From: Phoronis australis | Lineage: Eukaryota; Animalia; Phoronida | NCBI GenBank assembly: GCA_002633005.1 | Contig: NMRA01000023.1 | Location: 841,345-905,344, forward strand | Reading direction: 5' to 3' | Length of the DNA: 64,000 nucleotides | In this document: positions 36,191-48,400 of the stretch, in pieces | How the letters are laid out: every line of letters begins with the position of its first letter | How positions within the stretch are numbered: position 1 is the stretch's first letter | The notes under the pieces: generated by a model | Database searches by the model: none | Seen by the model: only the letters and a program-made list of their open reading frames with translations | What the model was told of the DNA's origin: nothing | Made by a program: the position numbers and the translations under genes

Positions 36191-36331
36191 GCGCCTGATA
36201 AAAATATCTAGTTCACACTACGGAACCAGCTCACTGATATTTTGGAAAAACATATGTCGTTATGTACACGTTATGACGTTGAACCTAGATAGAACGCCTA
36301 ACAGCCATGATAAACTTTAGATTCTGAATAG

Positions 36332-36338
36332 TATATAA
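36332..36338 (+). promoter_or_regulatory. Putative TATA box of the astacin gene
   Basis: TATATAA about 55 bp upstream of the ATG at 36388. Confidence 0.55.
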
Positions 36339-36387
36339 CGAACTATCACTCATTTGGTCGATCGGCTCTACAATTAACTTGGTCAAA

Positions 36388-36462
36388 ATGAAACCAACGA
36401 TCGCTTTGTTTTTTCTTACAGTTTTTGCAAGGTCATTAGGCGCGCCACTGGAGTCTTTGCAG
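36388..36462 (+). CDS. Astacin exon 1 (signal peptide)
   Basis: caaaATG context; hydrophobic leader; CAG|gtctgt. Confidence 0.85.
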
Positions 36463-39400
36463 GTCTGTTCAAACTTTCATATCAAGTTAGGGATAATCCG
36501 CATTCCACTTAACTCATTTGTTCCTTTTAAAGCCAAAGTCGTTGGACCCGTTGGTTTACGAATAAAGTGGTTAAAGTTCAAATTTAACCGAGTTTTACAG
36601 TATGTTATGCATCTAAACTAATCACGATCTTTAAACCGGGTGCAAAAATTACAAAGTCACGTTCCCTTTCTCTAAAAGAATCAATGTATCTGTGATCCCA
36701 GGACAGTTTCGAGCAACGCCAATCAAATGGTAATTACCTCAACGTATCGTCTAGTTTCTATTCCCCATAAAACTTCGAAAGCATTAAAAGTAAAACTGAT
36801 GTGCAGCATTTATGGACTTCAGGTTCCTCATTTGCAAGTACTTCTTGTTTCAGGTTGGAGAAAATGACGGTAAGTCCTTATTTTGTTCCTCATCCAGCTC
36901 ATTTATCATTCTCTCAATGCTTTCCGAATTGGTTTCTACCTGCCGTTATTCTATACCTGAATAAACAAGGAAACTGCTTTTTAAGCTTACGCAGATGTGT
37001 AGATGGGAGTGTTGCTTTTTAGGTTACATGTACAACACAAAATTCGGTTGTTTTCTTTAAAGTGGGTCCAGTTCTCAGAATCGTTGCCGCGTCCTTTATC
37101 ACACATGGAAGTTGTATCATTGGAGGAAACGTACATTTTTCGTGTAACGTACAGTGTATAATTTTGTGTTAGTACCAACGTTGTACGGAAAATGACGAAT
37201 ATTGCACCTAATGTGAATGTGATCGTGACTGATTGTGAATGCTGGTCCGTTTTTAATTACTTATGTTTTGCAATAAAAGAAAGTCCTTCATTTGCTTAGG
37301 TCGCCTATACATGTACATGTGTATTTTTTCTCATTCCAGATGGTGCCAACAAACTGGACGTTGGTGAATATGGCAGTGCGTATATCTTCCCATGCTTCTA
37401 AGTCTATTGCAATGCATGACGAAATTTCCGGTTTCAGTTTACAAAATTCCCTTTTTGTAGCACGCAAATATGTCTTAATATTTAAAGTCAATGAAATTGT
37501 ATAACAAAAATGGACTAACGGATATTGTCGAACGAAACGTCACGAAGAGATATTTTTGGAAGTGTCTCCTCATCGAGGATGCGAACGAAATTTTACAACA
37601 TAAAGCCATGTGAGAAATTACGGTTTTAAGATATGGGATGTTTTCTGCACGTACATATAAGGTTGAATAAATCGTATCGATCTACGTCTCATGTGTAAAG
37701 GAAGTGCCAACTATTCTAGTCCAGCATCTTTATTTTCTTCCAGAACATTACCAAGGTGACATGGTTTTACCAAGGGTAAGTTCTATTTCGTCAGAGACCA
37801 CCAAATTCGTTCAATGTGAAACATCATTTCCAAATCCGAAAGGATTTTCTAGTACGTACCCCTCTCCGTACTTGTTAATTTTTTAATCTCACGAACTTTT
37901 TCCCATTGTGGTCGGGACAACTCATCGACAACCTAGATCGGTCAGTGCAACGTAGAATGTTCCCTAGGATAGACAGTTAAAGATCGAAATATCCCTATCC
38001 ACCACACTGTACGAACCTCACGACAGTTTTGTGATTAAAGCACCGGCAGATTTGTGCAAAGAAGGAAAAGTCCAAGCCTACGATTCAAAATGGCTCCCTA
38101 TCTACTCCACTCTGGCTTTACTGTCTCTTGACGTTTTCGGCCTTTGGTGGAGAGTACTTTTTGACTTCACTGTCAATCAACAACTTCATTTGTGAGACGT
38201 TTGAGTATCCGTTTGTATTATATTGGATTGATTCTTGAGATGAAGCTTTTGTGTTTTCCTTCGCAGAAACGTAATGGCGAGGCGAGTTCTAGATATCGAT
38301 GGCCCAACGGTGTAGTTCCATACGTCCTTAGCAGTGCAATAGGTAAGATTACAATTAGAATTTTAGTTTGTCCTCTGACAAGTGAACTGGTAATAGGTAT
38401 AAAAATCAGCCACAGCTCACCTACATGTACATATAGCGAACGATCGCTTGCGTGGCACTGGTTTCCGGATAGGAGGACTGTACATGTAAGGTTGTGCTAT
38501 CCCTCGGTTAGCTACGTGTACAATGCTGGCCAGGCTTGAGGATACATACTGTATACCGGCATTAGTAGCACATCCGCATTTTTGCGTTACGGGAACGTAG
38601 TTCGAGAATGCGACTCATCTTATGCAGAAAAACGGTGCATACTCGTCGTCAGAAGAGTCCTCGAACAAAAATTCAGCATAGGTGCCGTTTATTGTTAAAT
38701 ATTAAATATCGCCTTTCATTCCTCAAAGCACTTTACCTAAACTACAATAACATGAACCCTTCACCTGCTAATTTATGTTTCAAAAGAAGTCTGTGAATAC
38801 ATCATTTGGAGAACGTTCCGACAATGAAGCTATGCTGAGAGATATTTAATTAATTCGGCTATTACCTTTGAACATCCCGTTTTACATTGTTGACGTTTTC
38901 GTGGATAACGAGATCCTTGTGCACTTCCATGTCATGTCAGCTGCTCTTGCAATACTGCTACCTTCCCTGAGCAAAAGAAAGATAATTCAATTAGGACACC
39001 TCCCCATCAAGTTGATTGAGCATCTTGATTTGAGGACTTTCCCACAGTCCCCTGTAACTGGCTTAATTTTCAGTCACCCTTGTCAATTTAGCAGCCTTTG
39101 TACATGTAAGTAATTTTCAAATGTGTTTCATTTTGAAAGGATTGGCAATACTGAGTAAAGAACATTATTTTAATTTCAACAATCGTGAAATATGGTAAAT
39201 TAGCATATATTTTTCTATAGTCGTAACCTGCAACGGTCGGAATAACGTATGAAGATGTTACTTTTAAATTTGTTCTTATTTTTCTTTTTTTTGATTTTGG
39301 TCATTTTTGACCCAAAGGAGATCCATACAAAGGTAACTTATTTATATGAAAATCCACACAGAACGGAACACCGATGCTACCAACGAGATCTACAGTCATA

Positions 39401-42400
39401 TAGAAACGTTCAAATCTGTCCATATCAACTTGCTCCTCTTACACTCTGTAGGTTCAAACGAAAGAGCCAAGCTTCAACAAGCATTTGAATACTACAAAAC
39501 TAAAACCTGTACCACATGGGTACCCAGGTCGGGCCAGCGCGATTACATCCTATTTACGGCTGACAAGGACGATGGGTATGTGGTTCTCACAGTAGTTAAA
39601 ACTGTCAACTGCATTGGATGAACTTGTGAGTTCATGAAGTTTGTTGTTTTGCCATCGATAACTGAATCGATGACACGGAATCTTAACGCCAACAATGAAG
39701 GCCGTGAGTAAAATGGATTTTTTCACGCATACTGTAATAAGGATGTCGCTGCTGGAAAACGAGTTCACTGTTAGAAATTTAAAAAATGGAAAATTGTGTA
39801 CATGCAATTAATATTTCCTGTACTTGCAGATGTTGGGCTCATGTAGGGAAACATGGGGGAAAGCAGAAGATAAATTTGGCGCCAAGTTGTTTCAATTCGT
39901 TTGGCACCATTGTGCACGAGATGATGCATGCGCTCGGTTTCTATCACGAGCAGGCGAGAGAAGACCGGGATCAATATGTCACGATTCACTGGGAGAACAT
40001 CCGAGATGGTAACGTTTAATTCATGTTTTATATAAATACCCATAGNGGGTATGTGGTTCTCACAGTAGTTAAATCTGTCAACTGCATTGGATGAACTTGT
40101 GAGTTCATGAAGTTTGTTGTTTTGCCATCGATAACTGAATCGATGACACGGAATCTTAACGCAAACAATGGAGACCGTGAGTAAAATGGATTTTTTCACG
40201 CATACTGTAATAAGGATGTCGCTGCTGGAAAACGAGTTCACTGTTAGAAATTTAAAAAATGGAAAATTGTGTACATGCAATTAGTATTTCCTGTACTTGC
40301 AGATGTTGGGCTCATGTAGGGAAACATGGGGGAAAGCAGACGATAAATTTGGCGCCAAGTTGTTTCAATTCGTTTGGCACCATCGTGCACGAGATGATGC
40401 ATGCGCTCGGTTTCTATCACGAGCAGGCGAGAGAAGACCGGGATCAATATGTCACGATTCACTGGGAGAACATCCGAGATGGTAACGTTTAATTCATGTT
40501 TTATATAAATACCAGACCGCCCACAGATACATATCATCCTCTAAATGCACAGGCCCATGAGCTATCTTTTTGGAGGCAGAGATACTGTTTTCAGAAGTGT
40601 TATTATGTTTTCCACATTCATTAAAAGATCCGAGAAGTTAATAAAAAACAGTGACCTCTGCGGTCTTATCAAAATCGGTTCAATTTAGGACGAGCGATTC
40701 CTTAACATGAGACAAAGTACCGGGTATGATCTTTTGGTGCGAAAAATTCGTCACACTAAAGCCGCGGCCGTGAGTATAGCATTACCTCCCGGATTTTTTG
40801 TATTCTAGGTTCTATGTGTCCCGCTTTATGGATTTTGGGTTCTATGTGTCCCGGGTTCTACGAGTCCAGATTCCGTGTCCCGGGTTCTACATGTTTGTGT
40901 CCCGAGTTCTGTGTGTCCCGTATTCTATTTTCCCGGGATCCCATGTTTGTGTGCCACGGTTTCTATATGTCCCGGATTCTGTGTGTCCCGGGCCATTACG
41001 GCGTTTTCCCATTGCTCCCAACTTGATCGATTCTATAGCCCAACAACAAGTTGGGAAGTTTACCCCTGTAACCAATATCTTACGCGACTGATTAAAGGAG
41101 AATGCTACCCAATTTAATTAGCCTTTTTTGCCGTCTTAATCGGTCTATATCCACATCGCCTCGCATACGGTCGACCTTACCTTGCCAAGAGGGGTCAAGT
41201 TAACCTGAGAAGAAGGTGAGAAACGACGCTAGCGACGTCAGTGGTTCATGTGCAGAGTGAATGCCGCTATGTTGCGGTACATCGAAAGCGGGTATATCGT
41301 TTTTTACTTCCTCGAGAGTCCGAAATGCTTAGGAAATGGCTCATGGTAGTGAAGAATGAAAAGTACGCTATAAATAGCAAGTACATGTATGAGGCCGTGA
41401 AACATCTCCGTGTCTGTGGCCTGCAGACGTCGACAGTGCCTGACGAATGCCGACTTACCAAATAACTCCATTCGTTCCGTTGTCTGAGCTTGTTCACGGC
41501 GCATCTCTAGTATTTCTTCATCACTGTATTCCTGTTCGAATTGATAGCCTGTAAAACTTAACCATCCACCTGCGAACTCGGGACTGATGAGCTCTAGGTC
41601 GTCCTAAGTCGGGATTCCGAGTTGCCATGTTGGCGTTTATTACTGAGCGTTCTGTTTCAAAATGAATTATTCTCACCCTAACCAATACTTATATAAAACT
41701 GAAACAAAGTCTGTCTCATTAGATGCAATTTGTAATGCCTTTGGAGCTAGTGTTCGTGAGTGCAAATGATTTGAGAAGCTAGCAATGAATAAATCACTGC
41801 ATTGCCGGTTTTAGGTGCAAACTAATTGACGGGACACCGAGGCCGTGTGAGATCATGCCAATTTAGTGTTTGCTGGCAGAAACTATTGTGAAACAACTCG
41901 ATTTCCATCCCACGACCAGGTGTTAGGGGAATCTTCATTTACATTTACATTTCTCAAATAATGATACGTACAAAACTTCTGCTCTGACGGTGCTGTGGCC
42001 AAAGCGTAACGTTAACCTGAATTTGCGGCCTCCGAGTAAGTAGATTTGCAGTTTCGTGGCTAATTCGCCAATATACGTGCACATTACTTTGGCTCACTAG
42101 CATAGTATTTTCTTGACTGGAAGTTTAGTTTCCACTGAACTTTGGCTGGTTTATGTTTGTGATGTCTGATCGGGCTCCGAGCCACTGACCAGGATAACAA
42201 GCGTTTTGTGTTTAGAAATCAAAAATCACGCTTATACTCTGTGATGGCATTACTGCGTCATTTTATCTTCACTTGAGAATGAAACAAGTATGTTTCGAAA
42301 TATCGTGTGTCTTTTAATTATGTCGCTAGGTCAGTTACTGTATCTATGTTCAGTAGAGAGTAGAGTTTTGTTCAGAAAGTATGAACGCAACGGAATAAAG

Positions 42401-45400
42401 ACCGTGAACAATGAAAAGTGTCGTGCATTCAACAAATTCTGTATAACAGAAAACTTGCTCCCGAAGTACATGTAGTCATTTATATATATATATGTATATA
42501 TATTTATTTATTGAAGAATACACAGAACAAACCCAGAAATCACGAAGCATTATATCTGGGTCGTGGACAATTCCTAAATGAAACAAATATGCATGGAGAT
42601 ACAATGTATATGCATTTAAGTAGTATCTAATATAAGTATTACAATATTCAGATATGCTATAATGAACATATAAAAACAAAAACATATATGGAAATATTTA
42701 TTCACCTATTTCACGAACGCGGGGTGCTGCTGTCGTGTTGATCGAAAACGAGGCGCCTTGACAAACATGGCATCGTCCTGCAAGGTGGTGTGGTCAAAAA
42801 ACTTATCAACGTTACCAAAAATCAAGTTGTCTGATGTTGAATCGGTCTCCAAAGACATATCAATACGCACGGCAACTAGACTTTTACCCTCCTCAGCCAT
42901 TCCTCCGTAGTTTTCCCTTTTTTGGAAAAGTGTGGAAGTCAGGGACTTTACCCAGGCTTTTCAAAGTCTTGAAAAATCCTGCTCGCCAGCTTGGCGAGTG
43001 CCGGAGCCAGAAAATCTACTCGCCCGAAGTTCAGTCACCCGGCCGTTGGCGCCAGTCACCACAAACTTGGTAACAGTTTAAATAAAAATCATCGTTTCCT
43101 GCACTGATGTCACCATCTATTAGGGCTACCGTATTTTCCCTAATAATTAGCGCCCAGGGGGACGCTTTTTGTAGCCTACGGCGGTTAAAACCCGGTCTCC
43201 GCTGTGACGTATGTGTAACCTATGACAGACTTTCTAGAAAACTGTAGTGCATTGCTATCAAACTCTGTTGTTAATCTTTAAAAAAAATGTGCCGAAATCC
43301 CAGGGCGAAAACTTGCCGACTGATGCGTCGCTGCTTCGCGATCGTCGATAGGACAACTTGAATTCTTGAGTGAAAATAGTTTCGACTCAAATTACCTCAA
43401 ATACTCCTTAAGTTTTCCAAATAGCCTTTCCTAAGATTCTTAAGTTCCTGTGGACTCGGAGTCGGGATTAACCGCAGATTAAGTCGAAATCTGCGCTAGA
43501 TCGCACCCGGCAACGAGAAAAATCTGGACGAACACATATGTTGTTGTCGCGTGACGTTCGTATTGAAGTGAGTCAACAGCTGAGGTGTGCACCGAGTGAG
43601 CGAGCGCGTGCGTGTCATCAGTGTTCATTTGCCAGAGTAGCAGGCCCAATGAGCTGTATATGTAGTTATATTTATCTCATTGAGCAGGCCCACATGTAGG
43701 CCCTAGCGCGCGCTTCAGTCTTGGCCAAGTTTCGATTCGCGGTTTTTATAATTTTACGTGTACAAAGCAATCTGGATTCCTGTTGTGGGAGAAAATCTGT
43801 ACGGAAAAGATACAATACCAATCCCGTTGACCAGTACGCTGCGTCTGTTCGAAGGGCCAGACCATATAGTGTGACACTTTCCTCGCGAGATCAGTAAATC
43901 TTTTGCGTTCTTTTTGAAGCACTGCGGAACGGTTTGAAGTGTACAGCCACGGCTAAATACCGACATAGGGGCGAGGCTCGTGGTCTACAAGAAATTCCGC
44001 GCACAATGATTTTTCAGGACTGTCGGATATTATTGATAAATTGAATACATTACTGGAGAATTTTAGAACTGTGAGGTAAGACATTTTTCGCANCGGGCGA
44101 TAATTCTCCAAAATCCACTCGGGCTCTAGATAACGGGGGATAACGACTTCGCCATGTAATAATCTATATATATTTATCTCATTGAGCAGGCCCACATGTA
44201 GGCCTTAGCGCGCGCTTCAGTCTTGGCCAAGTTTCGATTCGCGGTTTTTATAATTTTACGTGTACAAAGCAATCTGGATTCCTGTTGTGGGAGAAAATCC
44301 GTACGGAAAAGATACAATACCAATCCCGTTGACCAGTACGCTGCGTCTGTTCGAAGGGCCAGACCATACATGTATAGTGTGACACTTTCCTCGCGAGATC
44401 AGTAAATCTTTTGCGTTCTTTTTGAAGCACTGCGGAACGGTTTGAAGTGTACAGCCACGGCTAAATACCGACATAGGGACGAGGCTCGTGGTCTACTAGA
44501 AATTCCGCGCACAATGATTTTTTAGGACTGTCGGATATTATTGATAAATTGAATACATTACTGGAGAATTTTAGAACTGTGAGGTAAGACATTTTTCGCA
44601 CAAATACATACACATTCATGGACTGGGCGCTTATTTTAGCGAAGTCTGGAAACGAGTGGGAACGCTTATAGGGGCATGGGCGCTTATGTTATAAAAATAA
44701 TTTTGGCTAAAATGACATTGTACATTACAAAAAGGAATCAGTTCCAATAAATATGGTATTTCATTTGCTATGAGCACATGGACCGGTCTTCCACCTTACT
44801 CCCCTTTTCTTAGTTTCGGACAAGTCCACAAATTCTTTGTGCACGACCACACACTATGATTTTTTTGACGAATCGCGTAACGGGTGACATGTACTGAATC
44901 GGTAGGGTCGCACTGCGCCGATGTTTTATACTGCCGGAGCATCGACAAGATGACCAAACTGAACCTTAAATTCATGATAAAAACAGCACAAGGAGGCTGA
45001 GGAGGAAAATTATTCATATTCATCTGGAAAACGATATATAGTGCTTTTGCGCTTTGAAATTCGCTCGCCACCTGGGCGACCGGCAAGTCAACTTCTACTC
45101 GCCCAGCACCATTTTTATTCGCATTGGCGACTGGGCGAGTGGCTAAGTATATCCCTGGGAAGGATACCGACGAGTTGGAATTGGCACTGCACAGTACACG
45201 GTCAAGGCCAGCTGATGACCGCTCACGAGGTTTTATCAGTGTGCCTCGTTTTCGATCAGTATTTAAAGACGGCGCGGGAAGATGGCGCTTTCGTGAAAAA
45301 AGCTAGGTGAATAGACGGTACATGAAAATTTGTTAACGTTGCTTAGAAGGAATTCATTGAGAACAAGGTCAAGGTTAGGACTTCCATTCAATAATAATGT

Positions 45401-48400
45401 AACTTTAGTAGGGATATTATTACAAGAATTGAGAGCTTGAACAATTGATTGGTTTTCATTGAGTGCACGGAAGAGTGATTTTTTCAGATCTTCAATGAGG
45501 GGATATTTGAAAAAAACATGAGGATAAGATTGATGGTTACCACATTTACAGTTTGGAGAGACATTACTAATGTTGTGACTAAACTTGTCGGAGTTGAGGA
45601 AAAGACCGCATCTTGATCTGTACAATGCAATTTCGTTATCGCGGGGAAGGGAGAATCGACTCAAGAGTGCTGAGTTATCAAAAGTTTGAAAAAACAGTTT
45701 TAAAATTATTTTTTATACTGGTAAAAGAGTTGCTTTCCTTAACAGAGGCTGGAAGAGAATTCCAGTTGTTGATGCACATCATAACTGTAGACCTTCTGAA
45801 TGCCTGACTGAACGACGGAGGAATTGCATATGGGGTGTGCGTGATAATGAAACCAAATGCCAATGCGGCGCGCAGGAAAAAATCCGGCCGTCTGTACAGA
45901 TATGGTTCACAAGTGGAACAAGTTACCCTAGAACAAGTTACCCTACCTCGAATAACTCCTGTGTGGCCGGAAACATGGGACAAGGCTGAAGTTGTTTTCC
46001 GCTGTGGTTACAACCAGACGGGTTTTCATTTCCCCATCGTACTTGCATTAGGTGCTTATTGTCACGCGACAACCTTACCTTAGTTATCGGATATGTGTGC
46101 GTTGGGTAAGTTGCACCAGTGCAATTTCTTCTACGGAACATACAGGTTTGTATATGTGTACAGGATTCCCGTCCTATCAGTGACGCGTGCGCTGATGGAA
46201 TCGTCCTGGCCGGTAGAATTTATCAGGTTGGTATCTCACGGCGAGAAAAATGTAACCAAAATCACATGATCTTACTTAAAATACAGGGCAATATCTCGCG
46301 TAATCTCACGAAATCTTGCTTTTCTAGCGGGGTCCTACCGAGGGCTTAGCGTTAATGAACTTCGCACGGTCTGATCTCCTGGAACAAACCGATTATTTTC
46401 GTAGCGTCAAATTAACCTTCGGAGGGAGGCTTATTTCAAAGGGTCGAGTTACGCTAGTACAGTATATCGCCAGAAAAGCAAGATCTCGAAAGATTCCGCG
46501 AGATATTGACAATGAGAGCAAGTGATTTTGGCTCATTCTCTCTTCGAAACAACTATTGAACTTAACCCGGAATACCAAAGGGGATTAGTCGGCAGTTTAA
46601 TGGATCATGGCTATCTGCGTAGTCATCTCGTTAACCCGTGGTGCACCTCCCGTAAGTTTTAGCCTGATATCACAGGTATCCCGGTGCGTTTGATGGCATT
46701 TTCCATGCTAACACGCAAGTGACTGATTCATTTTTCCACATGCCCGCACAGTGGCGGATCTACGTTTTCAGTAAGGGGGGGGCAAATCCTAAGGGCGTTT
46801 CCAGCTTAGACAGGCGCGTGGCGCCGAGCGGGGGAGGGGCGGAGGTGTAAGACAACTTTTTGTTTTTGTAGCCAAACAGTGAAATTTCCATGTATCCTGG
46901 CACGTTTCTGGCACTTAACATGTCCATGGAGTTTTTCTTAAGATAATTAAAAACCCATGTCGATTTCGTCACATGAACTTGGCTCATAAGTTTCGTGAAA
47001 CCATATTTGTGCTCATCTGAGTATGAGTCACACCACCAGCAAAAATTTTTGTTGGAAGACCTGCTTACACACACCTTTTTAGCATACGAGAAAGTGTTGT
47101 GTGTATACAGGGGTTTAGACAACTACCAAACATTGAAGAGCATAAGGAGCACCCACGGGGCGTAAAAAACTTGAATATCAGATGATCGCAACAGCCTCAA
47201 GCTGTTTAAGAATGAAGACCTGTACTGTTAGTCTGGAAATAAACATGTGTTCTGTCTCGTTACCAGAAAAACTGGCGAACGGTGGGGCTCTCAGCTCATA
47301 GTCTATTACTAAAAGCAACAATAAACAATTAAGTATCACTTTATTAAGCTGAATCACGTTGACAACAATTGAAAAACGTCAAATGTATCAGGAAACAAAT
47401 CATCTGAAAACAGTTTCACGAAACCAAAACACTCTGTAAGCCTACACCGTGGTGAAAAGATATACAGGAGTAGTTCGTAGAGGGACCAGATGTACACTGA
47501 GAGTACACAAAAACTCTGGCCTGGTCCGTCACGAGACCAAAAGTACACCTGTGCTTATTATCCCTATAAAAATAGTCGATCTGTCGCGGGACCAAACAGT
47601 ACTGGTTGAGATAAATAGTTTTACAAAGCACACTTTGGTAAAAAACATCACAAGACTAGTTCGCCGAGGGACCGGAAGTACACTGAAACTCGATATCTAC
47701 ACAAATCAAGCTGGCCTGGTCCGTCGTGTGACCTAAAGCGTACTTTGCAAAAAAATTTGAATTGCAACTTCTCTCTAGACACGTTTTAATCCTCAGTGGT
47801 TGCTCTTACGTGTAGTTTACACATCTGGTGGTCAACTGCTGCGAGAGGTTGTCAAGGAAGGGTTTTCGCACCGTTCTGTAGTACTCACTGGAAGAAACAA
47901 GTGTTGGGTACAGATTTAACTACGCACTACGTGAAATAAGATTTTGGATATGAAGCAGATAGACTCATGTGGAAATACAAACCAGAATCAGTTTCTGTGC
48001 GCTCGTAGACCCTTTGGTGTACTGGGTAAATTTGGCATGTCTAAAAATAATTTCTATTTCGTTTTCATTGTACACAAGCATAAAAAACCGACATTATTAC
48101 AAACTGTGAATAATTATAACTTATTACCTGGGTGTTTCTCCAGGAACGTTGGTCCTCTCTTCCTGCTGTCTAGACTGCCGAGGAATCTGTATATCGGATC
48201 CAATGGTTTGCTTGTCTTAGAACCATTCTACCCAGACATCTTCGACGTTTGTTCCCAATGCTTGCACTTTGTCAACTGTTGCGTCAATGAGCTTGCACAC
48301 CTTTACAATGTAGCATCTCGTTTCGCAGCTGCAGTTGGCACTATGCCCCCTGAGGTTACCATGTCCATTCAAAAGACTTACAGCATGCACAACTAAATTT

